A stretch of DNA of 62,854 nucleotides, the filler included. It is 3 parts of 3 records of this genome, joined end to end, with 100 filler letters (N's around TTAATTAATTAA, not from the genome) between each part and the next. Parts side by side here need not be neighbours in the genome. Positions count along the whole stretch, not along the records: positions 17,851 to 49,733 come from SRR16203515_1183; positions 49,834 to 62,854 come from SRR16203515_1187; 1 more part is not named here. One strand, written 5' to 3'. The number at the start of each line of letters is the position of its first letter. The stretch's first letter is position 1. This document shows positions 39,460 to 49,885 of this stretch, one piece after another. The notes beneath the pieces are model-generated. The model was not told the origin of the DNA and did not search any database. It saw only the letters and a list, made by a program, of their open reading frames with translations. The position numbers and the translations under genes are program-made.

Positions 39460-40869
39460 ATGAGCCATCTGAACGATAAACTAAGACCTCTTCTGGATGA
39501 CCGCGGCATTCTCACTGACGCCGCTGACATTGAGCCGTACTTGCTCGAGAGACGGAAAAGATATCACGGACAATCTTCAGTCGTTGCGAGACCAAAATCA
39601 GTTCAGGAAATTAAATCAATAGTAGAGGTTTGCATCGAAGATCGTATTTCAATTGTGCCGCAAGGTGGCAATACCGGCTTATGCGGTGGGGCAGTATCTG
39701 AAAGTGGCCAACTTGTTCTGAGTCTGGAGCGCCTCAATCAGATTCGGGAAATTGATAGTGCAAACAACACGATCACGGTCGAAGCCGGATGCATCCTGGC
39801 CAATATCCAGAACACGGCCCAAGAGGCAAGACGATTCTTTCCGGTTAGTCTTGCGGCAGAAGGAAGTTGTCAAATTGGAGGAAACCTTGCGACAAATGCT
39901 GGAGGGATCAATGTTCTTCGATACGGAAACACCCGTGAACAAGTGCTTGGCCTAGAAGCCATATTGCCAAACGGATCGCTTTTCTCAGATCTGGCAGGTT
40001 TGCGGAAAGACAACACGGGATATGACCTAAAGCAATTACTCATCGGCTCAGAGGGGACGCTGGGGATCATAACCGCAGCTACCTTAAAACTTTATCCCTA
40101 TCCTGATCACAGTGTCACCGCTTTTGTCGCCTTAAAAGATCTTGAAACCAGTATTTCTTTTCTCGCCCTCGCAACGGAACTCAGTGGCGGCACCCTGTGT
40201 AGTTTTGAACTGATTCCACATATTGGACTCGAATTTGCCTGTCGCCATATCTCGACCTGTGAGCCTCCCCTCTCTTCAGAGCATGATTGGTACGTTTTAC
40301 TCTCCCTGCAGACAAGTGGATCCACTATCAATCTTGACGAAACTCTCGAGGCGCTGCTCGAAAGCGCGCTTGAGGCGCACCTTATTGATGATGCCGTTTT
40401 GGCCGCCAATGAGGCTCAAGCCGCACGACTTTGGAAAATTCGGGAAGGCATTGTGGAGGGACAATTGTTCGAGGGCGGCAGTATCAAACACGACATTTCA
40501 ATACCTGTTTCAAAAGTACCACGATTTATCACGGAGGCATCAAAAGCCGTTAGTCAGCGGATACCCGGAATCAGACCTTGTCCTTTTGGGCATGTAGGGG
40601 ATGGGAATATTCATTTCAACCTCTCCCAACCCGTTTCGATGAGCAAGGATGAGTTTCTGTCCAGATGGGAGGAGATCAGTGAACTAGTTCATGATATCGT
40701 TGATCGCTTGGGCGGCTCCTTCAGTGCTGAACACGGTATCGGCATGCTCAAACTTAACGATATGCAACGCTATAAAGATAATGTCGCGCTCAACACTATG
40801 CGCGCAATAAAAAAAGCACTTGATCCTGAAAATCTTTTTAATCCTGGAAAAGTACTGCCTCGCTCCTGA
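39460..40869 (+). CDS. FAD-linked oxidase (D-2-hydroxyacid / D-2-hydroxyglutarate dehydrogenase-like)
   Basis: PQGGNTGL, GGNLATNAGG, KDNTGYDL, GSEGTLGII, GHVGDGNIH, SAEHGIG, FNPGK. Confidence 0.88.
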   Translation: MSHLNDKLRPLLDDRGILTDAADIEPYLLERRKRYHGQSSVVARPKSVQEIKSIVEVCIEDRISIVPQGGNTGLCGGAVSESGQLVLSLERLNQIREIDSANNTITVEAGCILANIQNTAQEARRFFPVSLAAEGSCQIGGNLATNAGGINVLRYGNTREQVLGLEAILPNGSLFSDLAGLRKDNTGYDLKQLLIGSEGTLGIITAATLKLYPYPDHSVTAFVALKDLETSISFLALATELSGGTLCSFELIPHIGLEFACRHISTCEPPLSSEHDWYVLLSLQTSGSTINLDETLEALLESALEAHLIDDAVLAANEAQAARLWKIREGIVEGQLFEGGSIKHDISIPVSKVPRFITEASKAVSQRIPGIRPCPFGHVGDGNIHFNLSQPVSMSKDEFLSRWEEISELVHDIVDRLGGSFSAEHGIGMLKLNDMQRYKDNVALNTMRAIKKALDPENLFNPGKVLPRS

Positions 40870-42195
40870 ATGCCTATTCTTGTCCAACCCATACCGACCG
40901 ACCGTTTTCCTAAAAACGGAGTTGATGTTGTCATTGTTGGCGGTGGCATTATTGGCGTCAGCGCCGCCTTGACATTAGCTGAGCGGGGAATATCTGTCGC
41001 GCTACTGGAGAAAGGCGAAGTTGCCGCCGAGCAATCTTCGAGAAATTGGGGCTGGTGTCGGCAGCAAGGTCGGGACCCCCGTGAACTACCACTGATCACC
41101 GAATCGTTAAAACGCTGGCGACTGATGGACAAGCGCATTAACGGTCGGACGGGATTTAATCAATGCGGCACTCTGTACCTTGCTGACTCGGAAAAATCAT
41201 TGGAGAAGCAGAGCCAATGGCTCAAATTTGCCGAACCGTTCCCAATCGGTGCAAGCGTTATTCGAACCAAAGCGGTCGAAGCCCTACTGCCAGGTTGCGC
41301 CAGAAAATGGGAAGGCGCGCTGTACTGCGAAAGTGACGGTCGGGCCGAACCTTTCATCGCGGTACCCGAAATGGCAAAAGCCGCCCAGGCGGCCGGCGCG
41401 GCAATACTGACACAAACAGCCGTTTACGGTCTCGAAACCGAAGCTGGCAAAATTTCCGGTGTGGTCACTGAAAAAGGAACGATTCGAACAACTTCGGTCT
41501 TAATCGCAGCAGGTGCCTGGTCGCGACTTTTTTGCCGCGCGCACAACTTGCTTCTCCCCCAACTTAAAGTGCGCTCATCTGTCCTCAGAACAGGCTCGTT
41601 TAACAATGGGCCGACCACATCAATCAGCGCACCCGACTACTCGATTCGCTATCGGGCGGATGGCGGTTATACCGTTGCGCTTGGCGCAAAAAGCAAAATT
41701 TATTTTGACCTAACACCGGACGCGTTTGGCTTGTTACCGCAATTTCGAAAACTAGCTTGGATGGTGCGCGCCCATATCGCAATCCGTCTAAGTGACCGCT
41801 TCAGTACCGAGTGGCAAGACAATCACCAAAATCTTTCCAACGTGTTGAAAGCAAATCGCGTTCTCGACCCAAAACCGCTCACCGCGCCGTTAAATAAGGC
41901 ACGTCGCGCGCTTGTTCGAGATTTTCCCGGACTCGTGAATATCCCCATTCAGGAACAGTGGGCTGGGATGATCGACGTGACACCAGACGCGGTGCCCGTT
42001 ATTTCAGGAGTCGACCAAAGCCCAGGGCTTTTTATTGCAACGGGCTTTTCAGGTCACGGCTTCGGGATTGGACCCGCTGCCGGTGAATTGGCAGCTGATC
42101 TCATTACAAATCGACATCCGCTTGTCGATCCCAGCCCGTTTCGGTTCTCGAGATTCAATGACGGTTCAGAAATCGATCCCATTGTCGGGATCTAA
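40870..42195 (+). CDS. FAD-dependent D-amino acid oxidase/deaminase family protein
   Basis: DVVIVGGGIIG, EQSSRNWGWCRQQGRD, WAGMIDVTPD, GFSGHGFGIGP. Confidence 0.88.
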   Translation: MPILVQPIPTDRFPKNGVDVVIVGGGIIGVSAALTLAERGISVALLEKGEVAAEQSSRNWGWCRQQGRDPRELPLITESLKRWRLMDKRINGRTGFNQCGTLYLADSEKSLEKQSQWLKFAEPFPIGASVIRTKAVEALLPGCARKWEGALYCESDGRAEPFIAVPEMAKAAQAAGAAILTQTAVYGLETEAGKISGVVTEKGTIRTTSVLIAAGAWSRLFCRAHNLLLPQLKVRSSVLRTGSFNNGPTTSISAPDYSIRYRADGGYTVALGAKSKIYFDLTPDAFGLLPQFRKLAWMVRAHIAIRLSDRFSTEWQDNHQNLSNVLKANRVLDPKPLTAPLNKARRALVRDFPGLVNIPIQEQWAGMIDVTPDAVPVISGVDQSPGLFIATGFSGHGFGIGPAAGELAADLITNRHPLVDPSPFRFSRFNDGSEIDPIVGI

Positions 42196-42223
42196 ACGAC
42201 CCCCCCCCGGAGCAAGTACTCCC

Positions 42224-43921
42224 TCACTCCCTGAAACGATTAACCTCCTCACCGCGGAATCTGGCAACCCTGTTCATTGGCGGAAGAGATTCGTCATAAA
42301 AGAAATTCGGCAGATCATCATCATCGTCTGTAAAACCCGCCTGACGATTGAATTCATGCTCAAGACGCAGTGTTTCAACACCGATTTCGTCGTAAAAGGA
42401 GGTAGGAAAATCTGTACCAAGCGCATTGTTCATTGCATCGATAATAAAATCGGCGTTTGTATCGGTAACGACCCGGCCAAAGATACATATCCCCAGCGAA
42501 TCGGAAGCCGCCATTACGCGTTGCGCTTCGAAACTCGCCGCAACAATTTGAGAAGCATCCATCTCGCGACAATCAAGCTTAGGAAGATTACCGGCGGTAT
42601 GATCGGCGCCCTGCGCCGTCATCATCATCGTGATTCCGGTGCCCTCAACAACGCGGGGGTCATAGGCGCTAATTGCCTGTTGCTTAATCACCGGAATTCG
42701 GGCTGCGCCGTAATGTTTTCCAACACGGGCTGTACCCTGCGCCCAAAGCTTGCCCTGATCGGTTCCCTTTTTGATCTCCTCAAGTACATTCAGCATAAAC
42801 TGAACGTCTCCAAATTGTCCTTCTCCCACGTCCATGAGAACCGCAATCATCGCGCCGGCCTCAATCGTGTCGATCCCGAGATCATTAGCGGCAAAGTTAA
42901 CGTGAGCCAGTTCGTCCGGATCTGTTAATCCGCAGTTAGTCCCCATTAAACCAATCGTCTCGTATTCCATCGGGGACACAATCTCTTTACCATCTTTATC
43001 AACGTAGACATTGCTGCATTCAATTGTGCAACCCGGCATACATGCGTGAGCAGTTTCGCCGCCTCGTTCCAAATTCTGCTCCCGGATAAACTCGCCACCC
43101 ATGCGCATGACTTCTTTCTCGGGATCCGCTAACTGTCCAGAGGAGAAATTCTTAACCGGAAGCCCGCCGAGGTAATTCTGGGTATCAGCCATCATTGCTG
43201 TCCCATAAGTTTTCATGTTTTGCGCAACCTCATCCTCTTTAAGCAGCGCGTTATAATGCTTAACAGCTCCGATGACTTTTTTCCGATCATGCAACTTAGG
43301 CATCTTGTGAAGATCCACAACAATCGCCTTTACCCTTTTTACGCCCATCACTGCGCCGACACCCCCCCGAGCCGCAAGCCTTGAAGGCCTAAGATCGGTA
43401 TCACTAAATGATATTCCCGAAAGGAGCCCACCGTACTCCCCGACGGGGCCGCATAACGCAAGACTGACTTTTTTTCCAAATTGCTCATGTAATTTAGCCG
43501 CACATTCGAAGTTGGATAAGCCGAGCAGGTCATCAGCGGACGAGAAGGTAACCTCGCCCTCAACCGTAATTCGCATTAATGTCCACTCTTTACAAGCGCC
43601 ATTTAGGGTCAGGCCGGCAATTGAAAGCTGTCCCAACGCAAACCCAAAACTACCTCCCGCGTTCGCTTCCTTGATCCCGCCCGTCAGCGGACTACGACAG
43701 CCTACGCTGATCCGATTCGCATTAGAGAAATTAGTGCCCGCAAATGGTCCAACCGAAAATATGAGAGGATTTTCTGCCGAGAGAGGGTCCACATGAGCGG
43801 CGCCGCAGGCCACCAGTTGTTCCGCAATAAGGTAACGACCCGCTTTAGCAACTTGCTCGCCTGCCAGCGTCTCTCGTCGCACGTTCTGATCGGCGAGGTC
43901 AATATGTAAATAATCTCTCAT
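42224..43921 (-). CDS. Second aldehyde:ferredoxin oxidoreductase family protein
   Basis: RSPLTGGIKEANAGG, AARGGVGAVMG.KRVKAI, CMPGCTIECS, EYETIG, GIDTIE, YDPR, GADHT. Confidence 0.9.
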   Translation of the reverse strand: MRDYLHIDLADQNVRRETLAGEQVAKAGRYLIAEQLVACGAAHVDPLSAENPLIFSVGPFAGTNFSNANRISVGCRSPLTGGIKEANAGGSFGFALGQLSIAGLTLNGACKEWTLMRITVEGEVTFSSADDLLGLSNFECAAKLHEQFGKKVSLALCGPVGEYGGLLSGISFSDTDLRPSRLAARGGVGAVMGVKRVKAIVVDLHKMPKLHDRKKVIGAVKHYNALLKEDEVAQNMKTYGTAMMADTQNYLGGLPVKNFSSGQLADPEKEVMRMGGEFIREQNLERGGETAHACMPGCTIECSNVYVDKDGKEIVSPMEYETIGLMGTNCGLTDPDELAHVNFAANDLGIDTIEAGAMIAVLMDVGEGQFGDVQFMLNVLEEIKKGTDQGKLWAQGTARVGKHYGAARIPVIKQQAISAYDPRVVEGTGITMMMTAQGADHTAGNLPKLDCREMDASQIVAASFEAQRVMAASDSLGICIFGRVVTDTNADFIIDAMNNALGTDFPTSFYDEIGVETLRLEHEFNRQAGFTDDDDDLPNFFYDESLPPMNRVARFRGEEVNRFRE

Positions 43922-43945
43922 TTTTTCTCCTGAATGTTCCCGAGG

Positions 43946-44503
43946 CTAGCGTTTTAGCGCACGCCACACTAAAGGCACGGTAACCACGGCTAAAACGACC
44001 TTGAAAGCCTCAGCCAATAAAAATGGTGCGAGTCCCAACGAAATTGCTTTTGAAAATCCAACAGCGCCTGACAACCAGCCAACTCCTAGTGAAAAAATTA
44101 TAATTTCACCAATTAACATGACGCCCATTACGCTCAACGCCGTTTGCCCCCAGCCCTTGCTCACCAAGAAACCGACGACTGACATCGCGATTACAAAACC
44201 AAACAAGTAACCGCCCGTCGGCCCAAGCAAGTACGCCGCTCCACCGCCAGTTGCGAACACGGGCAATCCCAATGCGCCCTCAAGCAGATAGAGCGCGCCG
44301 GTGAGAAATCCCAGTTTTGGGCCATATGCGATTGCGAGAACAAGCACCACGAAGGTCTGCATAGTCATTGGGACGGGCCAAAACGGCACCTGGACCTTGG
44401 CGGATATCGCCAGCAAACATGTGCCCGCCAGCGCCAGCAATATTTGTGCGATTCTTGAATTACGACTGACAGGCCAGAGTTCTGAGACGATGGAGGCTTG
44501 CAT
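43946..44503 (-). CDS. bioY: BioY biotin transporter
   Basis: PVPMTMQT, YLLEGALGLPVFA, GPTGGYLFGF. Confidence 0.93.
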   Translation of the reverse strand: MQASIVSELWPVSRNSRIAQILLALAGTCLLAISAKVQVPFWPVPMTMQTFVVLVLAIAYGPKLGFLTGALYLLEGALGLPVFATGGGAAYLLGPTGGYLFGFVIAMSVVGFLVSKGWGQTALSVMGVMLIGEIIIFSLGVGWLSGAVGFSKAISLGLAPFLLAEAFKVVLAVVTVPLVWRALKR

Positions 44504-44659
44504 GGGTCATCCTCATATAGCTTGGTTGGTATCAATTAAGTCACAATATCGACTCGGAGGTGATCGCCAGAGTCAAATGCGGCCTGTATTGTCTGATGAC
44601 TTGGCTAATCTGTCAAAGCGAGGTCAGATTTTTATTCTTAAGCTCTCATTCGGCGAATG

Positions 44660-45577
44660 TTATCCCACCGCGTCGATGTACTGGCCGCGAAAATCCAAAC
44701 CAACTTGTTCAGAAAAAGCATCACTCAGTGAACTGGTGACTGGGCCGGGGATATTTTGCTGACCCTGATCTAAAACAACACCATCATAGGACCGAACCGG
44801 GCAAATACAAAAACTAGTTGAAGTAATAAACGCTTCATCGGCCTCTTTAGCCTCATCGGGCAAGATGTCCCGTTCCTCAACTTTAATCCCGAGCCTCTCA
44901 GCCTGTGCGATGACCACTTCGCGACTGATGCCGGGCAGAACGAAATCGATCCTCGGGGTCGATAAGACGCCGTCTCTCACGATAAAGATATTGCTCCCGA
45001 TTCCCTCGGATAAAAAGCCCCGAGTATCCAGTAACACGGCCCAGGCATGGCCAGATCGTTCACGGACTTCGATGTCCGCTAAAACAAGGTTTAAGTAATT
45101 ATGACTTTTGATATTCGGATCAAGACATTCCGGCGGCACTCTTCTGGTATCCGGCGTGAAAATATCAAGTCCATCACGAATCATCGGCGCACGAGCTTTT
45201 AAGGGTAATGGAGTGCATTCAACAATCACAGTCGGGCCTGAACTCTGCCACAACTCGCCCCCGACAATATTGAGCCCCCGTGTCACCCGCTGCATGATCC
45301 AGTAATCTTCTCCCGGCTTGAGAAGGTCGCGGTTCTTTTCGAGCACCTCATGGGTAATCTCGATCATCCTCGACTGAGACAAACCGGGGTCAATTTTCGC
45401 TTTATCAAGGGACTTAAATAAGCGACTAATGTGAGCCTCTAGTCGGAAAATTCTGCCGTCAAATGTGCGTTCTGCATCAAACACCGCGTCACCGAGCACA
45501 AACCCACGATCCCTGAAAGAAACGCACGCCTTGGATTCAGGCAGAAATTCCTCATTGATATAAACCACTCTTTCCAT
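44660..45577 (-). CDS. Class IV PLP aminotransferase (IlvE/Dat/PabC fold)
   Basis: DRGFVLGDAVFD, NIKSHNYL (PLP lysine), SEGIGSNIF, LPGISR, DEAFITST. Confidence 0.9.
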   Translation of the reverse strand: MERVVYINEEFLPESKACVSFRDRGFVLGDAVFDAERTFDGRIFRLEAHISRLFKSLDKAKIDPGLSQSRMIEITHEVLEKNRDLLKPGEDYWIMQRVTRGLNIVGGELWQSSGPTVIVECTPLPLKARAPMIRDGLDIFTPDTRRVPPECLDPNIKSHNYLNLVLADIEVRERSGHAWAVLLDTRGFLSEGIGSNIFIVRDGVLSTPRIDFVLPGISREVVIAQAERLGIKVEERDILPDEAKEADEAFITSTSFCICPVRSYDGVVLDQGQQNIPGPVTSSLSDAFSEQVGLDFRGQYIDAVG

Positions 45578-45630
45578 GAACCGCCCTCCTTAAGAGGTTG
45601 CTAAACGTTCTGCAAATAGCGCCTTACTAA

Positions 45631-46248
45631 TCAACCAATGGGCAGCTCGAACTCAAACCCACATTCAGCCGCCGCATCAATCAGCCATCGGCCGACATGG
45701 TCAGCGAAACTTCGACGCACCACGATATCCAATGCCTTCACTTCATCGTTATCTTCATCGCTGACGCTTATTAAAAGCACATTGGTATGCGCGAAGACAG
45801 TCTGGGCACACTGCCGAGGTTTAAACACGCTCGGGTGAAGGTCTAGCGGGCAGGCTGAAGCCAAGACATCCCGCCAGGCGTGCCCCCCGGCTCGAATAAT
45901 TGTTTGCCCACCTGATAGATCGACAACCGCACTGTGGAATTGCGAAAATTGATTTCGGAACTCCACCGAAACGTCTTGATCTCCTAAGCCAATCAGCAGC
46001 CATTCATCGGGGCCGAGCCAGCAGACCTGCCAGCCTGAGCTCTCGACCACCCCATTTGGTGCCAGCGGAAGGTCGATCCCCAACAAAGAAGACGCGCAGC
46101 TCAGAAATTTAGGATCTTTCGGGTCCCCGCGAAGATTCAAATGGGTCTTAAACGGTATCTCCTGCATTTGAAAGCCAATTTCCCCGCTGACACCCGGCGC
46201 AGAAATCGGCTGTAAAATTTCAATTAATGGAGACTGAGTCATACTCAT
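45631..46248 (-). CDS. soxG: Heterotetrameric sarcosine oxidase gamma subunit family
   Basis: LNLRG, WLGPDEWLL, VVDLSGG, ACPLDLHP..F, VRRSFA..V..WL.DAA. ATG at 46248 follows GAGG. Confidence 0.88.
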   Translation of the reverse strand: MSMTQSPLIEILQPISAPGVSGEIGFQMQEIPFKTHLNLRGDPKDPKFLSCASSLLGIDLPLAPNGVVESSGWQVCWLGPDEWLLIGLGDQDVSVEFRNQFSQFHSAVVDLSGGQTIIRAGGHAWRDVLASACPLDLHPSVFKPRQCAQTVFAHTNVLLISVSDEDNDEVKALDIVVRRSFADHVGRWLIDAAAECGFEFELPIG

Positions 46249-46258
46249 TAGCGGACCC

Positions 46259-47086
46259 TCACCGAGCAAGTCCTAGAATCGCTCTCGCTTCATCCGGGGA
46301 CGCAAGGTGTCTATCGTATTCGGCCGCAACGTCCGCGATTAGACTCACCAACGCTGCGTTATTTGCGGCCAACGTATCTTTATTCAATTTCACGTTATCT
46401 TCAAAACCGGTTCGCGCGTGTCCACCTAACTCAAGACTCCATTTATTCACTTCGAACTGGTTTCGACCAATGCCCATCGCACTCCACGTTGCCCCGGGCG
46501 CAAGAGTCGCTAGCTCATCAATCAAAAATTCAAGTAATTTTCTTCTAACCGGCATAGCGCCGGGAATCCCAAGAACAAACTGAACGTGTATTGGGGAGGA
46601 TATCGCACCTGACTCAGACATTTTGATCGCGTTGTACAGCATTGCCGCATCGAAAACCTCGATCTCGGGCTTTACGCCGTAAGCCTTCATTTCGCCCGCG
46701 AGCTCGTCAATCAACTGAGGCGGATTCTCGTAAATCATCCCGGGAAAATTAACAGACCCGGTCGCAAGAGATGCCATATCCGGCTTGAGATATAGCATGC
46801 CCCCTCGCAGGTTTGCCGCTCGACCACGACCCCCTGTCGAAAACTGAATGATCATATTCGGGCAGTGTTTTTTGATACCCTGCTGCACCTCAGAAAAAAG
46901 ATCTGGATCTGAAGAGGAATCCTCTTGAGAGTCGCGCACGTGTATATGAACCAGCGAAGAGCCTGCTTCAAACGCTTCGTGAGTAGACTCGATCTGCTCG
47001 CTTGGCGTTACAGGCAGTGCAGGATTATCTTTTTTACGTGGCTGAGATCCCGTGATCGCCGTCGTAACAATAATGGGCGTGGTCAT
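46259..47086 (-). CDS. Beta-keto acid cleavage enzyme (BKACE/DUF849, Kce-like)
   Basis: IVTTAITG, ALPVTPSEQIES, VHIHVRD, QFSTGG, PDMASLATGSVNF, KPEIEVFD, GHARTGFEDN. Confidence 0.9.
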   Translation of the reverse strand: MTTPIIVTTAITGSQPRKKDNPALPVTPSEQIESTHEAFEAGSSLVHIHVRDSQEDSSSDPDLFSEVQQGIKKHCPNMIIQFSTGGRGRAANLRGGMLYLKPDMASLATGSVNFPGMIYENPPQLIDELAGEMKAYGVKPEIEVFDAAMLYNAIKMSESGAISSPIHVQFVLGIPGAMPVRRKLLEFLIDELATLAPGATWSAMGIGRNQFEVNKWSLELGGHARTGFEDNVKLNKDTLAANNAALVSLIADVAAEYDRHLASPDEARAILGLAR

Positions 47087-49731
47087 GACTTACTCCTTGC
47101 ATTGTCAGGATCATAAAAAACCGGGTCAACGATGACGGCCGGTACAATCTGATCGTCCATCAATTGCGCAAAAATAGTTGAACCCATTCGAGTTCTTCCC
47201 CCCTTCACCAACGCTAATGCAATCGAGCGTCCAAGACTCGCACTGTAATAGCTTGACGAGACATGGCCAATCATTGGAACGGGTCGTGAATTTTGAGGCG
47301 AATTGACAAGTTGTGCGCCCTCCGGCAGGACGATCTTCGAGTTGTCAGTCAACAAACCAACAAGCTGTTTTCGGTTCGAGCGCGCCGTGTCGGCACGAAA
47401 TAAAGAACGTTTACCGATGAAGTCCTTGTTTTTCGACACAATCCAATCCATTCCAAGATCATTTGGCGTCACTGATCCGTCGGTATCCTGACCCACAATC
47501 ACATAACCTTTTTCAGCGCGTAGCACGTGCATGGCCTCGGTGCCATAAGGCGTGATATTGTATGCTCGCCCCGCATCCATGATCGTTTGCCAAAGTGTCA
47601 TTCCATAATTTGCGCTTACACTAATCTCAAACGCGAGTTCTCCGCTGAAGCTGATTCGGCTAATTCTCGACGGGACGCCTCCAATTTCCCCCTCACGCAT
47701 ACTCATAAAAGGAAACGAGTCGGAATCGAGATCCACATCACAACCTGCGGCACGAAGCACCTCTCTTGACTGTGGCCCGGCTACGCTCATGACCGACCAC
47801 TGATCTGTTACCGAGGTCAGGTAAACCTGTAGATCAGGCCACTCAGTTTGGAGCCAACGCTCCATCCAGCCCATCACGGCCGCTGCGCCGCCCGTCGTTG
47901 TGGTCATGAGATAGTGATTAGGCGCGATACACGTGGTTACACCATCATCCATCACCATTCCATCTTCACCAAGCATAAAGCCGTAACGACATCGGCCCGG
48001 TAAAAGGTTGGTCCAGCCATTGGTATAAATTCTATTTAAAAATTCAGCGGCGTCTGACCCCTGGATGTCTATCTTGCCAAGCGTGGACGCATCAAGCACG
48101 CCAACGCTGTCCCGGGTCGCAAGACATTCCCGATTAACCGCATCTGACATCGATTCACCCGATCTCGGATAGTACCAAGGGCGCTTCCATTGACCGACAT
48201 TCTCAAACAGCGCGCCGCGTTTTACATGCCAGGGATGAATCGCCGTCTTTCGCACCGGATCAAAAAGTTCCGGCCCGAGATTCCGACCCGCAATCGCTCC
48301 AAAAGTAACAGGTGTGTAGTTCGGTCGGAATGTGGTTGTCCCCACTTCTCCCGGCTGTTTGTTTAAGGCCTTCGCGAGGATCGCAAGGCCGTTGATGTTG
48401 CCGAGTTTTCCCTGGTCAGTACCAAAGCCCAGCGCGGTATAACGCTTGACATGCTCAATCGATCGATAGCCCTCGCGTGCTGCCAGCCGGATGTCTGAAG
48501 CAGTGGCATCGTTCTGATAATCAACAAACTTTTTAGCGCGTCCGCCATCAAGAATATTTGCCGGTACCTCCCATAACGCTTCGATGGGTGCATGCTGTTT
48601 GTGATCAGTCGCAGGAATATCAGCTCCAATTGCCGAGAAACCACGCGCGTTAGCCGCCGCAAGCGCACCCTGTACGCCCTCACGTAGACAATCACCAAGA
48701 TCAAAAGTGCCATTGCACCCGCCAACGGAACGCTCTTTCTGAACGGATGCGCCGGGCAAAAACGCAGCCAGCCGGCTATCAAAAACGGGCTTGGCGCCGG
48801 ATTGCGAATGTAAGTGAACCACCGGGCTGAGGCCGCCCGACATCGCAAGAATCTGACAATCGATCATGCCCTTATGCGCAGCCAACTCGCCAGTCGATTC
48901 AGACCACTTCGAAAGCTCGACCCTATTTAGCCCTTCGCTACCCGACCGCGCCGACGAAATCACATGACCCCTGTAAACAGGAATTCCGAGTGCTTCCACC
49001 TCTGCGACAACGGAGGCGCCCGGCGCCCGGCGAGCGTCCACGATAGCGACAACCTCCATCCCGGCCCAGGCCATATCAATTGCCGCCTGGTACCCTGAAT
49101 CATTATTTGTAAAAACCACGCCTGTTCGTCCTGGAGCGACACCGTACCGCCGAATATAAGTTGTAACTGCAGAGGCCAACATCACGCCAGGCAGATCATT
49201 TCCGTCAAAGACCAGTGGTCGTTCTATCGCACCCGTGGCCAGGACAACTTCTCCGGCGCGAACCCGCCAAAGGCGCTCTCGACTCATCCGCGGGTCGCTG
49301 TCTCCCGGCGCAAGATGATGAGTCCGTCGCGAATTGATCGTCAAAAAATTATGATCGAAATAACCGATGACAGTCGATCGATTGAGCAGTTTGACCTCGG
49401 GAAAGGTGCGCAACTCATCAACTATCTTGTTGACCCAGTCAACGGCTGTTGTTCCGCCGATCGTGCAAGATGCACTCAAGAGACTACCGCCAAACTGAGC
49501 TTGCTCATCCGCCAAAATCACTCGCGCGCCTGACCGGGCGGCCGTCAGTGCCGCAATGAGTCCCGACGGTCCCGCACCAACGATCAAGACGTCGCAATGA
49601 ATATGGCGCTTGTCGTAAATGTCCGGATCAGGGAGTTCCGGCGTTCTACCCAAACCCGCCGCTTTCCGGATAAAATGCTCGTAACGCATCCATGCCGACC
49701 GGGGCCACATAAAGGTCTTGTAATAAAAACC
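47083..49731 (-). CDS. soxA: Heterotetrameric sarcosine oxidase alpha subunit family (5'-partial)
   Basis: GFYYKTFMWP, VLIVGAGPSG, KFVDYQND, EHVKRYT..G.GTDQGK, TTFRP.YTP, LDASTLGKI, GcvT-like C-terminus. Confidence 0.93.
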   Translation of the reverse strand, partial: GFYYKTFMWPRSAWMRYEHFIRKAAGLGRTPELPDPDIYDKRHIHCDVLIVGAGPSGLIAALTAARSGARVILADEQAQFGGSLLSASCTIGGTTAVDWVNKIVDELRTFPEVKLLNRSTVIGYFDHNFLTINSRRTHHLAPGDSDPRMSRERLWRVRAGEVVLATGAIERPLVFDGNDLPGVMLASAVTTYIRRYGVAPGRTGVVFTNNDSGYQAAIDMAWAGMEVVAIVDARRAPGASVVAEVEALGIPVYRGHVISSARSGSEGLNRVELSKWSESTGELAAHKGMIDCQILAMSGGLSPVVHLHSQSGAKPVFDSRLAAFLPGASVQKERSVGGCNGTFDLGDCLREGVQGALAAANARGFSAIGADIPATDHKQHAPIEALWEVPANILDGGRAKKFVDYQNDATASDIRLAAREGYRSIEHVKRYTALGFGTDQGKLGNINGLAILAKALNKQPGEVGTTTFRPNYTPVTFGAIAGRNLGPELFDPVRKTAIHPWHVKRGALFENVGQWKRPWYYPRSGESMSDAVNRECLATRDSVGVLDASTLGKIDIQGSDAAEFLNRIYTNGWTNLLPGRCRYGFMLGEDGMVMDDGVTTCIAPNHYLMTTTTGGAAAVMGWMERWLQTEWPDLQVYLTSVTDQWSVMSVAGPQSREVLRAAGCDVDLDSDSFPFMSMREGEIGGVPSRISRISFSGELAFEISVSANYGMTLWQTIMDAGRAYNITPYGTEAMHVLRAEKGYVIVGQDTDGSVTPNDLGMDWIVSKNKDFIGKRSLFRADTARSNRKQLVGLLTDNSKIVLPEGAQLVNSPQNSRPVPMIGHVSSSYYSASLGRSIALALVKGGRTRMGSTIFAQLMDDQIVPAVIVDPVFYDPDNARSKS

Positions 49732-49733
49732 CG

Positions 49734-49833
49734 NNNNNNNNNNNNNNNNNNNNNNNNNNNNNNNNNNNNNNNNNNNNTTAATTAATTAANNNNNNNNNNN
49801 NNNNNNNNNNNNNNNNNNNNNNNNNNNNNNNNN
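49734..49833. other. Artificial contig spacer
   Basis: 44 N + TTAATTAATTAA + 44 N. Confidence 0.98.
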
Positions 49834-49841
49834 ACAGATAT

Positions 49842-49866
49842 AAAAAGGCAAGCTTCAGCTTGCCTT
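49842..49866 (-). terminator. Rho-independent terminator of gluP
   Basis: AAAAA-GGCAAGCT-TC-AGCTTGCC-TT, about 20 nt after the stop. Confidence 0.8.
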
Positions 49867-49885
49867 GTGTCACAATATTATGTGA

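Noticed and set aside
42035-42928. 297-aa + strand ORF
   Set aside because: Antisense shadow of the second AOR gene with no motif. The same applies to the many short antisense ORFs in the track.
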